Shown: piece by piece, positions 1 through 9,593 of the stretch
How the letters are laid out: every line of letters begins with the position of its first letter
Position numbering within the stretch: position 1 is the stretch's first letter
Source: Candidatus Latescibacterota bacterium
GTDB taxonomy: Bacteria; Latescibacterota; UBA2968
Assembly: GCA_965204745.1 (NCBI GenBank)
Contig: OZ242010.1
Coordinates: 4,576,001 to 4,640,000, forward strand
DNA: 64,000 nt
Direction: 5' to 3'
Position numbers and translations under genes: made by a program
Notes under the pieces: generated by a model
What the model saw: only the letters and a program-made list of their open reading frames with translations
Told to the model about the DNA's origin: nothing
Databases searched by the model: none

Positions 1-2030
1 AAGGGTTCGTGAACGGCCGCAAATTGGCTCGCTGATTCCCCGGTGTGGCGCACCATGAGCATGGGCATGCGAAAGTGGTCCAGCGCTGGCTCGTCTTCGT
101 TTGCGCGGCGCACAGAGGGGGCGTCGCCCATGAAGATGTCGCGGTTTTCCGTTCCGAGGAGGTGAATCCGCACCGCAATCCCGTCGTTTTCCCGGAATGT
201 GACGCGGGCATTTTTCGCGCCCTTGCCGCGCGATGCGTTTTGGAAAAATGCGTAGCCGATGTTTCGGCCCTGTGCGTCGCCATGGTCGCGCTCGTGTTCG
301 GGCAAGCGCGCAGTCACGCCCGGCAACAGGTTTTCGCCGTAGGGTTGCAAGGGAATGTCGGTTTCGGCCCGCATGTCATTATCCGCGCTACCGTGGATAA
401 CCCAGTCGCGTTGCTGACCGCCGCGCACATAAAAGAGATCGACCGCGTAGTGATCCCCGTCTCCGGCGTTGACGAGCATGACCCAGCGGCGATACGTTTT
501 GGCGAGGTCGGGGTACGCGCCTTCGCCACGCGCTTCCAGCCATTGCACGTCGCGGTGCGCGGCTTCGTACGCGAGCAGGGATCCGTCCGTCAGCCCCCGT
601 CTGTTGTCGAGTTGCTGTTCGCGTTCGTCGATGAGTACGGTATTGTGACACAAGGTGCTGAGGGTCCACTTGCGATAGCGGGTGTGCGTGTAGCCCACGT
701 CGGAGAGCAGTTCGCGGCCTTTGGCGAAAAGTACGAGGTTCAAATTGTCGGCATGGGCGTGCCCGTAAGCCCCGGAAAAGTGGAGATGCACTTGCACTTG
801 ATCTTTGCCTTTTCCGCGCCCCAACCACGCATGCCCAACCCCGGGTAGCAGGGTTGAGCGCGATTGTGCAAGCGGTTTGAGATCGGGATCGACGCGCTTG
901 CCGTCCAACTGCGCCCATGCATCGTGCATGGGGATCCACCGCCCATCTGGATAGCGGCAAATATCCAAAAGCCGATTGGCCTTTTTTACGATAGCGAGGT
1001 CGCGCTCCAAATCGAGATCGTCGTATCGCACGACCTCGGCAGACGCATAGCCCGGCGGATCTGAATATCCCTTCAGCGCGTCGAACACTTCTTGCATTCC
1101 GGCCATGGTCATCCGGTGGTAGCCCAAGCTGCCTTCGTGCCAAAATCCATCTGCGTAAAACTGACGCTCGAATAGGCCGATGCTGCGTTGAATGGCTTCG
1201 CGCACTAAGTCGGGATCGCGGAGCACGCGCCCGATCACCGCGTACCCGGCGTAAATCCGAGGGCTCGCATTGGTATAGAGAACCCCGTGAAAACCGTCTT
1301 GGCGAATGGCCCCGCGGAAAAGGTCGTGCGCGATGTGGTGGTTGACGTCAATGCCGAGGGCATCGGACAATCGCGCCAGTTCGCCGCTTTTGTAAATCGC
1401 GTCGTAGGCCATTGCCAAATTGGTCGGCATTTCATCGTGCCGCCACCGCCCCCACTTGCCGCCAAAATTTGGATAGGGCGGTTCAAGTACAAAGCCCTTT
1501 TGCTCGTGCGGCCGGTCATAGCTTACGAGAAAACCGGGATAGTATCGGGCGAATGCGTCCAAAATTAACGCCACGCGCCGCGCATAATCCCCGTCGCCAG
1601 TCGCCTGATAGAGTTGCCCCAAGTCTTCTGCGATAGCCGCAAAATACCCCCGCGCTTCCCGCCACGCCTTGGCCCGAAAGTGGTAGCGATACCCGGTTTC
1701 ATCTTCCCAAAACGGATAGGTCACGGCCTCGCCGACGGGGTTGACGACCGTCAGCAGTTGATCATCGGGATACCGCGCATTGGGAAAGGCCATTTCGCAA
1801 TAGCGACACTGCACGCGGTGCGGGTCGTTGATGGACCATCGCAACTGCCCCTCTTGGGCACCTGCGTCACAATGGGGACATCCCACAAAGCGGAATCCCG
1901 TCTTGTCCGGGATCAATGCGACCATCTCCGCTTCGGACAGGGCCATCACCGGGCGCACGCGCCGCTTCAATCGCGCGACCTCTCGCTCCGTCAAATTCAC
2001 GCGATATATTGGATGCTCTTCTGCCTGCAT
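1..2030 (-). CDS. Heparinase II/III-like (polysaccharide lyase-like) protein, 3' end beyond window
   Basis: Absent from the ORF track because it runs off the edge. Manual translation from ATG 2030 (GGAGG upstream): MQAEEHPIYRVNL...CPHC...DGFWHEGSLGYH...GHAHADNLNLVLFAKGRELLSDVGY...HNTVLIDEREQ, typical heparinase II/III motifs. Confidence 0.75.
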   Translation of the reverse strand, partial: MQAEEHPIYRVNLTEREVARLKRRVRPVMALSEAEMVALIPDKTGFRFVGCPHCDAGAQEGQLRWSINDPHRVQCRYCEMAFPNARYPDDQLLTVVNPVGEAVTYPFWEDETGYRYHFRAKAWREARGYFAAIAEDLGQLYQATGDGDYARRVALILDAFARYYPGFLVSYDRPHEQKGFVLEPPYPNFGGKWGRWRHDEMPTNLAMAYDAIYKSGELARLSDALGIDVNHHIAHDLFRGAIRQDGFHGVLYTNASPRIYAGYAVIGRVLRDPDLVREAIQRSIGLFERQFYADGFWHEGSLGYHRMTMAGMQEVFDALKGYSDPPGYASAEVVRYDDLDLERDLAIVKKANRLLDICRYPDGRWIPMHDAWAQLDGKRVDPDLKPLAQSRSTLLPGVGHAWLGRGKGKDQVQVHLHFSGAYGHAHADNLNLVLFAKGRELLSDVGYTHTRYRKWTLSTLCHNTVLIDEREQQLDNRRGLTDGSLLAYEAAHRDVQWLEARGEGAYPDLAKTYRRWVMLVNAGDGDHYAVDLFYVRGGQQRDWVIHGSADNDMRAETDIPLQPYGENLLPGVTARLPEHERDHGDAQGRNIGYAFFQNASRGKGAKNARVTFRENDGIAVRIHLLGTENRDIFMGDAPSVRRANEDEPALDHFRMPMLMVRHTGESASQFAAVHEP

Positions 2031-2149
2031 AGCGAACCCTCCCGAGAAAATTTGCACTGCGTTAAAAAAACACGAGCGCGTTGACATGGTCTATCCAGTT
2101 CCCTACCTTGTTCCCATTGCAAATCCAAACGCAATTCTTGGAGAAAGCG

Positions 2150-2332
2150 ATGATACAAAAAATCGTTCACAAGCGAAACATAACAACGCATGATCAGGCG
2201 AAAGAAGATCTAGCCTATTGGCTGAGTCGGCCCGCGGAAGAGCGGGTTTTGGCCGTGGATCATCTCAGGCGACAACATCATGGAAGCACAGCGAGACTTC
2301 AAAGAGTTGCTCGCGTTGTTCAACGCGCATAA
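2150..2332 (+). CDS. Small hypothetical protein of the type found upstream of nucleotidyltransferases (putative antitoxin-like)
   Basis: MIQKIVHKRNI...DLAYWLSRPAEERVLAVDHLRRQ; GGAG upstream; overlaps the following NTase-like start. Confidence 0.55.
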   Translation: MIQKIVHKRNITTHDQAKEDLAYWLSRPAEERVLAVDHLRRQHHGSTARLQRVARVVQRA

Positions 2333-2390
2333 TGTCGAATACGCGATTGTGGGCGCTTACGCACTTTCATTTTACGGCGTGCCGCCATGA
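2280..2390 (+). pseudogene. Truncated nucleotidyltransferase-like gene (N-terminal 36 aa only)
   Basis: MEAQRDFKELLALFNAHNVEYAIVGAYALSFYGVPP*; matches the N-terminus of the 'VEYxxVGxxAxxxxG.PR.T.DxD' NTase family but stops before the DxD motif. Confidence 0.55.
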
Positions 2391-2529
2391 TTGCAAGAGG
2401 GTGCGAATGCTCAATCCCTCCAAGTGGTCGAGCAATGTGGTTTGAATCCGCTCGACGGTTGCTGTTGCGAGAGCACTTGCATCAATTCTACCTCGCGTTC
2501 TCGCTCCTTATTAGACCACGCAACAAAAC

Positions 2530-2560
2530 AAGCCCGGGTTCGCGAGGAACTCGGGCTTTT
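2530..2560. terminator. Hairpin, probable intrinsic terminator
   Basis: aagcccgggttc-gcgag-gaactcgggctt followed by T-rich sequence, between convergent genes; same stem as 9553-9591. Confidence 0.5.
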
Positions 2561-2666
2561 GGTTTTTCGCAAAAACCAAGCGCGCTTCGGTGGCGGGGCG
2601 AAGCCTGAAAGTTGAGAACAAATGATATTACGCAATGTCCCGCTTGTCATTCATCGGGGAATCGCG

Positions 2667-3662
2667 TCAGGCTTCCGCATCTAACACGCGCTGAAAGGCA
2701 TCCAGATCATCCGCTTGCATCGCCGAGCGAAGCAACTGCTTGAGCCGTTGCAAATCGTCGATGGTCGCAATGCGAGCGGTGAACTGGCCGGCCACCCCCG
2801 CATCAAAGCGAATCTCCAACGCTTCTCGGATGCTCTCTCGAATGCCCTGCTCAATGCCCTGCTCAATGCCCTGCTCAATGCCCTGCTCAATGCCCTGCTC
2901 AATGCCCTGCTCAATGCCCTGCTCAATGCCCTGCTCGATGCCCTGCTCGATGAACTGTTCCTTGAACTGCTCCTGGATCTGTTCCTTGAGGTATTGGGCA
3001 AACGATGACTCACGCATAATCGCGTCCATAAAACCCTCCTGTAAAAAAATCCGCGTGATGGTGGGCAGATCATAAGCCAACCCACTCAAAACCGCCAAGC
3101 TATTCAAAAAATTAGCCTTTTCTGATTGATCCAACGAAACCGAATCGCTCCTGCGAACACACTCGCGCAACCAGTCCTCGGAAGCCACCCCCACAGGAGG
3201 TTGCATCAACGGCGCGAAAGGAAGCAAGCCCGGATGACCACCCTCGAGGATACCTTGCCCGTCTATCTCGGTCAATCGAAGCACCTTGTATTCTACAAAG
3301 ACGCGATGGTCGGGAAGTTCTTGAATGTAGTATCCTTCATCGCGGCGCCCGGCATTGGGACGCAGGTAGATGACAAAGGCATAGACCGGCAGGTCATAGC
3401 GTTCGATGAGGCGGAGGATATAGATCGCCATGCGAAGAGCCATATTCGCGCTGTCGGTGGTTTGAAATTCGATGTGTACCAAGGCTTCCTCGCCATCGAT
3501 CCGCACGCGAATCACGCTATCGACCATGCGCGTTTCAATCCTCGGGAGTTCGGTGTCGAGAACTTCTTCAATTTCGACATCATCGCGTCCGAGTGCCAAG
3601 TGGACGAGGTCTTGGGGGTAGATGTGAATCAACTGCTTGGGAATCGTGTCGTATTCTGCCAT
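2667..3662 (-). CDS. Rpn family (recombination-promoting nuclease / PD-(D/E)XK) protein with EQGI repeats
   Basis: MAEYDTIPKQL...RMVDSVIRV...LVHIEFQT...MALRMAIY; C-terminal (EQGI)9 then EALEIRF...IDDLQRLKQLL; GGAGG upstream of ATG 3662. Confidence 0.85.
   Translation of the reverse strand: MAEYDTIPKQLIHIYPQDLVHLALGRDDVEIEEVLDTELPRIETRMVDSVIRVRIDGEEALVHIEFQTTDSANMALRMAIYILRLIERYDLPVYAFVIYLRPNAGRRDEGYYIQELPDHRVFVEYKVLRLTEIDGQGILEGGHPGLLPFAPLMQPPVGVASEDWLRECVRRSDSVSLDQSEKANFLNSLAVLSGLAYDLPTITRIFLQEGFMDAIMRESSFAQYLKEQIQEQFKEQFIEQGIEQGIEQGIEQGIEQGIEQGIEQGIEQGIEQGIRESIREALEIRFDAGVAGQFTARIATIDDLQRLKQLLRSAMQADDLDAFQRVLDAEA
2841..2948. repeat. Nine tandem 12-bp repeats (RATGCCCTGCTC) encoding EQGI
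   Basis: Counted directly in the sequence. Confidence 0.95.
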
Positions 3663-3780
3663 GGGGAACCTCCTGAGATTGTTTGAACGACTTGCGGAAC
3701 AACAATAAATAATCCGCAATCCCTCGCGCGATGTCAAGGGATTTTCCCATCCGTGCCCAACCGCTCTACCCAACAGCCCA

Positions 3781-4111
3781 TCCGTGTCTGAATCGCGGAT
3801 TAAACGGATTAGGGGATTGCGCGGATTACCTCACACCGCCCTACCGCAGGACCTATCCCCCCGGCCCCCGTTATTCGCTTCGCTCATTGTAGGCTACGCC
3901 TGTGCCTACGAGGAAAGGGGGAGCGCATGGCTTTCTTGAAGGTTTGTATCCCTGGCTGTTTTGATGGCTTTGAGCGAATGGATCACGCCATGAACCCCAA
4001 AAAACCGCTCGCCATTCCCCTCGGAAGACCCATCGCCATTCCCCCTTCCTCGCAGGCACAGGCGTAGCCTACAACGAAGCGTAACGAGTAACGGGGCCAG
4101 GGGGTAGGTCC
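3781..4111 (-). repeat. Dispersed MITE/REPIN-like element family A (ends GGACCTAYCCCCC...GGGGGTAGGTCC) plus 9-mer CGGATT-type array
   Basis: Terminal inverted repeats at 3849 and 4111; reverse-complement copies at 9594-10357, 15418-15603, 27998-28290 and a partial copy at 50838-50955. Confidence 0.8.
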
Positions 4112-4135
4112 CAATTCCCATCGTCACTTTTAGGC

Positions 4136-4165
4136 TTGACAAGAAACAGGGTGGTACCTTAACTT
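4136..4165 (+). promoter_or_regulatory. Putative sigma70 promoter of giant surface protein 1
   Basis: TTGACA (4136) - 18 bp - TAACTT; context cccatcgtca...ttgaca is conserved upstream of the paralog (27915-27965, minus). Confidence 0.45.
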
Positions 4166-4244
4166 GTCTCCAGCATCGTTATTTTTCGCACGCAGGCAAA
4201 AGCGCAGGCCTGCACAACTCGTTCTATTTTTCGGGAGGGATCAC

Positions 4245-7200
4245 ATGTTGACTGCCATTTTTCGACGTTGTTCAAACCTGTTTGGAGGCCACCGTTCCCC
4301 TGCGAAAAGAGGGGTTCATGTCGCCCATCCCCGTCTTGGCGTGCCGTTCTATTTCATTGCAAATCAGTCTGTTTTGTTGGCTATGGTCGCGCTGGTTTTG
4401 CTGATGGCATCAGGGCCGGCTTTTGCCCAAACCGACTACGATACGGACAACGACAACCTGATTGACATCAACAACTTGGCGCAACTGAATGCCATTCGCT
4501 GGGACCTCAACGGCGATGGTGCCATAGACGCAAGTGCCTCGACCGCCGATACGACCGCCTACAACACCGCCTTTTCCAACGCCATGTCGGGCATGGGTTG
4601 CCCTGCCACCTGCACCGGCTACGAGCTGATGAGCAACTTAGACTTCGACGAGAACAGTGACAACGAAATCACCGCAGCAGACGCCACCTACTGGAACAGC
4701 GGCACGGGCTGGGATCCCATCGCCCGCGACCCTTCAGGGCAGCGATTCGCAACCACCCTCAAAGGCAACGGCCACACCATTGACAACCTGTTCATCAATC
4801 GCAGCAGCAATAACCAAGGGCTGTTCGCCGCCGTCGAAAATGGCGCCCGCATCGAATCCCTCGGCATAACCAACGCCAGTGTCACCGCAAGTGAGTATGT
4901 CGGCATTCTAACCGCCAACAATTACGGCGAAATCGTCGCCTGTTACACCACCGGCGCGATAAGTGCCTCCAACTTTGCCGGCGGGCTGGCAGGCTTTCAT
5001 CACTCCGACGCCGGCACTGCAGCCACTATAACTACGAGCTACTCCACCGCTTCCGTCACCTCAGGCGCAAATGGCGGAGGGCTTGTGGGGAGGAGCTCCC
5101 AGGTTGCCGGAGCAACAACTACTATAATAAACTCATACTCCACAGGCGCGGTTAGCACCGGCGGAGGGTTAATAGGGAGTAATAACTTAGGCACCACAAC
5201 CGCTAGCTACTGGGACACCTCAACCAGCGGCCGCGCCACCAGCGCGCTCGGAACGGGCTACGCCACCGCCGCCCTCCAGGGCCCCACCGACTACACCGGC
5301 ATCTACACCGCCTGGAACGCCAACATCGACGGACAAGCCGGCAACGACGATCCGTGGGCCTTTGGCACGGCGTATCAGTATCCCGTATTGAAATATGCCA
5401 GCATGGACACCGCGGTGCAGTTCGCTGCCCAGCCCGTGCGTTATGACACGGATAGCGATGGCCTCATCGAGGTTTCGAGCTTGGCACAACTCAATGCCAT
5501 ACGCTGGGATCTCAATGGCGATGGTGCCATAGACACAAGTGCCACGACCAGCGATACGACCGCCTACAACACCGCATTCCCCAGACGCGACTCGCGCTCT
5601 GGTAGCCGGATGGGTTGCCCATCCGGTTGCACCGGCTACGAGTTGATGAACAACCTGGACTTCGACGAGAACAGTGACAACGCAATCACCGCAGCAGACG
5701 CCACCTACTGGAACAGCGGCACGGGCTGGGATCCCATCGCCCGCGACCCTGCAGGGCAACAATTCGAAACCACTCTCAAAGGCAACGGCCACACCATCGA
5801 CAACCTGTTCATCAATCGCAGCAGCAATAACCAAGGGCTGTTCGCCGCCGTCGGAAATGGCGGGCGCATCGAAGCCCTCGGCGTAACCAACGCCAGCGTC
5901 ACCGCAAGTGAGTATGTCGGCATTCTATCCGGCAACAACTACGGCGAAATCGTCGCCTGCTATACCACCGGATCGATAACCGGCACCAACTTTATCGGCG
6001 GGCTGGCAGGCTTGCAGTCCGGCCGCACCGGTGCTCCAGCCACTATAACTACGAGCTACTCCACCGCTTCCGTCACCTCAAACGCAGCGAATGTAGGCGG
6101 GCTTGTGGGGAGGACCTTCCAGGCTGCCGGATCAAGCTCAACCATAATAAACTCATACTCCACAGGCGCGGTTAGCTCCACCGGCGGCGGGTTAATAGGG
6201 AGTAATAACTCAGGCACCGCAACCGCTAGCTACTGGGACACCACAACCAGCGGCCGCGCCACCAGCGCGCTCGGAACGGGCTACGCCACCGCCGACCTCC
6301 AGGCCCCCACCGACTACACCGGCATCTACACCGCCTGGAACGCCAACATCGACGGACAAGCCGGCAACGATGATCCGTGGAACTTTGGCACGGCGTATCA
6401 GTATCCCGTATTGAAATATGACGGCATGGACACCGCGGTGCAGTTCGCTGCCCAGCCCGTGCGTTATGACACGGATAGCGATGGCCTCATCGAGGTTTCG
6501 AGCTTGGCACAACTCAATGCCATGCGCTGGGATCTCAATGGCGATGGTGCCATAGACGCAAGTGCCTCAACCAGCGATACGACCGCCTACAACACCGCAT
6601 TCCCCCGCCGCGACTCGCGCTCTGGTAGCCGGATGGGTTGCCCTTCCGCCTGCACCGGCTACGAGTTGATGAACAACTTGGACTTCAATACCGATGGCAG
6701 TTACCCCAACTGGACGGGCATCGGTGTGGCGGCCAGCGGCGCTGCAACCGCCTTCTCTGCCACCTTTGACGGCAATGACAACACCATTTCCAACTTGTCT
6801 ATCAATTCCAGTACCAGCACCGCCACCGGCGGCGGTTTCATCGGTCTGTTCGGCGATGTCAGCGGCACGATTAGAGATGTGGGCTTGTTGGACGTGAATA
6901 TCACCAACACCCGCACTTCCACCGCCAGTTCAAACAACTTTGGTCGAACCGGTGCCTTGGCGGGTCGCCTCAGTTCCGGCGGCACGGTGCGCGGGAGCTA
7001 CGTTGCCGGCGGCTCCGTAACCCACACCACCAGCAGTACCAGTTTTGGCTCTCTCGGCTGTCTATTGGGCTACTCCGAGGGCACCGTCCGCGACAGCTAC
7101 GCCACCTGCAATGCGACCGGAGCGAACAATAATACGCTTTCTATCGGCGGCCTGATCGGGGAAACCCAAGGTACCGTCGATTCCACCTACGCCACTGGGA

Positions 7201-9527
7201 CGGTCACCAATACCGGTTCCGGTGCCATCACCGCCGGTGGCCTGATCGGTTGGTCCTATGGCCTGGTCAGCGTCAGCTACGCGACCGGGAATGTCACCGG
7301 TGCCGGCGCCGGCAGATTGGGCGGCCTGATCGGGGTGATGGAAGGTTCCAGCTTCGCCAGCTACGCGACCGGGAACGTTTCTGGTAGTGGCACCGGCACC
7401 GGTGGCACCGAAGGAGAAAGCCATAGAATGGGCGGCCTGATCGGGCAGGTAGAACTCGGTAGTGGCGAATACCTGCGCGCCAGCTACGCGACCGGGAACG
7501 TTTCCGGGAGCGGCACCGGCGTCAAAGCGGGCGGTCTGATAGGCCGCGTGACCGTCGCTGACATCAACTCGATAACCGCTGTCTATGCTATCGGTGCTGT
7601 TTCCAACACCAGCACCGGCACCACAGCCACCGGCGGCCTGGCGGCAGAAGAGGTGGGGGCAATCACGTCGATAATAGCCAACAGCTACTGGGACACCCAA
7701 ACCACCGGGCAGGACACCACCGCTGGAGCCAGCAGTGGCACCAGGGGTCAAACCACCAGCGCACTCCAAACCCCCACAGGCTATACCGGCATCTACACCA
7801 CCTGGAACCAGAATCTGGACGGGCAAGCGGGCAACGACGATCCGTGGAACTTTGGCGCGGCGGATCAGTATCCCGTGTTGAAGTATGGCGGCCTGGACGC
7901 CACCGCGCAATTTGCGATGCAACTGGGCATACCGACGGGTGTGGCAGTGATGGCCAATGCGGACACCTTAGTCGTGCGCTGGCGTTCGGTGAGTGGTGCG
8001 ACGGGGTACGCAGTGCAGTGGAAATCCGGCATGCAGAGCTACGCCGCCTCGCGTGAGGCCGCCACCACGGCTACGCTCTACAAGATTCCCAACTTGACGC
8101 CGGGGACGACCTACACAATACGTGTCAGTGCCACCAGGGCCGGTGCTCGCGGCACACCTTCGGTCGAGGTCATGGGCGTCCCAGAGGAGCCCCGAGGGGC
8201 AGGGCAAGAACCGGAACCGGAACCCGAACCGGATCCGGATACGGAGCCGTCCTTCACCGAGGCGGTTGATCCGCAAAGCTATTGGCAAGACAAGGCCATT
8301 GAACCGCTGACCTTGCCCGTGGCAACAGATGGCAATGGGGACCTAACCTACAGCCTGACGGGTCTGCCCGAGGGGTTGACCTTTGACGCCGAGACGCGCA
8401 TCGTGTCTGGCACACCACTCGAGGCGGTAGAAAAAGCGATCTACACCCTGACCGTCACAGATGAAGATGGCGATGAGGCCGCCCTGAGTTTCTTCCTCAC
8501 CGTCGTTGCGAACCTGTTGCCCTCCTTTGGCGATGCGAGTGTGGATACACTGGCCTATACGCGGAAGCAAGAGATCGAATCCTTGACCCTCCCGCAAGTG
8601 ACCGGTGGCGATGCCCCGCTGACCTACGCATTGACCCCCGATCTGCCCGAGGGCTTGCGCTTCGATGGCGCGACCCGGGTGCTGTCTGGCACACCGCTCA
8701 AGGCAACGGACGAAACGACCTATACGCTGACCGCCACAGACAGCGATGGCGACGAGGCCACCCTGATGTTCACCCTCTCTGTGATAGCTGATCCGATGCC
8801 GACCTTCGGCGATACGGCCGTCGCCGCACGGGTCTATATGCAACATCGAGAGATCGATCCCCTGACGCTCCCGCAAGCGACCAGTGGCGATGCCCCGCTG
8901 ACCTACGCGCTGTCCCCGGTTCTGCCCGAGGGCTTGACCTTTGACGCCGAAACGCGAGTGCTGTCTGGCACACCGATCAAGGCCATGGATGAGACGACCT
9001 ACACGTTGACCGCCACAGATGGCAATGGCGATGAAGTGCCTCTCATGTTCACCCTTGAAGTCCCGGACCTGATGCCTGCCTTTGGCGATACGACTATCGC
9101 CGCACAAAGCTATCTCGTCAATCAAGAGATCGCGTCCCTAACGCTCCCGCAAGCGTCCGGTGGCGATGGAATGTTGGTCTATATCCTGCTCCCATTCCTC
9201 CCAGATGGCCTATCGTTTGACCCGACCACGCGCACTCTTTCCGGTATGCCGACCGAGGCGAAGGCCCAGGCGACCTACACCTTGAGCGCGTTAGACGCCG
9301 ATGGCGATGTGGCCTCGCTACCCTTCACGCTCGAAGTCTCACTCCCCTCGCCCGACCTCAATGGCGATGGGGTTGTGAATTTCGCCGACTTCTTGACCTT
9401 TGCCAGCAAGTTCGGCTCGCGACTCGGCCAGGAGCGATACGACGCCCGGTGCGATCTCAATGGCGATAGTCAAATTGACTTTGACGACTTCCTCATCTTC
9501 GCCGCCGACTTTGGCTCATCAGGCTGA
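4245..9527 (+). CDS. Giant secreted/surface protein 1: long leader + signal peptide, three GLUG-like beta-helix modules, FnIII, about five He_PIG/Ig-like repeats, C-terminal EF-hand/dockerin-like pair
   Basis: SD GGGAGG before ATG 4245; signal ...LLMASGPAFA|Q; repeated YDTDxDxLI..LAQLNAIRWDLNGDG and GGLxG motifs; W..VSGATGY.VQWKSG FnIII; LPEGLTFDAETR.LSGTP repeats; DLNGDGVVNFADFLTFASKFG tail. Confidence 0.85.
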   Translation: MLTAIFRRCSNLFGGHRSPAKRGVHVAHPRLGVPFYFIANQSVLLAMVALVLLMASGPAFAQTDYDTDNDNLIDINNLAQLNAIRWDLNGDGAIDASASTADTTAYNTAFSNAMSGMGCPATCTGYELMSNLDFDENSDNEITAADATYWNSGTGWDPIARDPSGQRFATTLKGNGHTIDNLFINRSSNNQGLFAAVENGARIESLGITNASVTASEYVGILTANNYGEIVACYTTGAISASNFAGGLAGFHHSDAGTAATITTSYSTASVTSGANGGGLVGRSSQVAGATTTIINSYSTGAVSTGGGLIGSNNLGTTTASYWDTSTSGRATSALGTGYATAALQGPTDYTGIYTAWNANIDGQAGNDDPWAFGTAYQYPVLKYASMDTAVQFAAQPVRYDTDSDGLIEVSSLAQLNAIRWDLNGDGAIDTSATTSDTTAYNTAFPRRDSRSGSRMGCPSGCTGYELMNNLDFDENSDNAITAADATYWNSGTGWDPIARDPAGQQFETTLKGNGHTIDNLFINRSSNNQGLFAAVGNGGRIEALGVTNASVTASEYVGILSGNNYGEIVACYTTGSITGTNFIGGLAGLQSGRTGAPATITTSYSTASVTSNAANVGGLVGRTFQAAGSSSTIINSYSTGAVSSTGGGLIGSNNSGTATASYWDTTTSGRATSALGTGYATADLQAPTDYTGIYTAWNANIDGQAGNDDPWNFGTAYQYPVLKYDGMDTAVQFAAQPVRYDTDSDGLIEVSSLAQLNAMRWDLNGDGAIDASASTSDTTAYNTAFPRRDSRSGSRMGCPSACTGYELMNNLDFNTDGSYPNWTGIGVAASGAATAFSATFDGNDNTISNLSINSSTSTATGGGFIGLFGDVSGTIRDVGLLDVNITNTRTSTASSNNFGRTGALAGRLSSGGTVRGSYVAGGSVTHTTSSTSFGSLGCLLGYSEGTVRDSYATCNATGANNNTLSIGGLIGETQGTVDSTYATGTVTNTGSGAITAGGLIGWSYGLVSVSYATGNVTGAGAGRLGGLIGVMEGSSFASYATGNVSGSGTGTGGTEGESHRMGGLIGQVELGSGEYLRASYATGNVSGSGTGVKAGGLIGRVTVADINSITAVYAIGAVSNTSTGTTATGGLAAEEVGAITSIIANSYWDTQTTGQDTTAGASSGTRGQTTSALQTPTGYTGIYTTWNQNLDGQAGNDDPWNFGAADQYPVLKYGGLDATAQFAMQLGIPTGVAVMANADTLVVRWRSVSGATGYAVQWKSGMQSYAASREAATTATLYKIPNLTPGTTYTIRVSATRAGARGTPSVEVMGVPEEPRGAGQEPEPEPEPDPDTEPSFTEAVDPQSYWQDKAIEPLTLPVATDGNGDLTYSLTGLPEGLTFDAETRIVSGTPLEAVEKAIYTLTVTDEDGDEAALSFFLTVVANLLPSFGDASVDTLAYTRKQEIESLTLPQVTGGDAPLTYALTPDLPEGLRFDGATRVLSGTPLKATDETTYTLTATDSDGDEATLMFTLSVIADPMPTFGDTAVAARVYMQHREIDPLTLPQATSGDAPLTYALSPVLPEGLTFDAETRVLSGTPIKAMDETTYTLTATDGNGDEVPLMFTLEVPDLMPAFGDTTIAAQSYLVNQEIASLTLPQASGGDGMLVYILLPFLPDGLSFDPTTRTLSGMPTEAKAQATYTLSALDADGDVASLPFTLEVSLPSPDLNGDGVVNFADFLTFASKFGSRLGQERYDARCDLNGDSQIDFDDFLIFAADFGSSG

Positions 9528-9552
9528 CAACTGCGAAAGACGCGAAAGGAAA

Positions 9553-9591
9553 AAGTAAAGCCCGGGTTCACAGTGAACTCGGGCTTTACTT
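9553..9591 (+). terminator. Intrinsic terminator-like hairpin after giant gene 1
   Basis: aagtaaagcccgggttcac-a-gtgaactcgggctttactt, near-perfect inverted repeat 26 bp after the stop. Confidence 0.65.
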
Positions 9592-9593
9592 CT

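Noticed and set aside
45-2084. Plus-strand and short minus-strand ORFs in the track
   Set aside because: Shadows of the real minus-strand heparinase-like ORF (1-2030).
2841-2948. Tandem repeats as a possible CRISPR array
   Set aside because: No spacers; 12-bp in-frame coding repeat.
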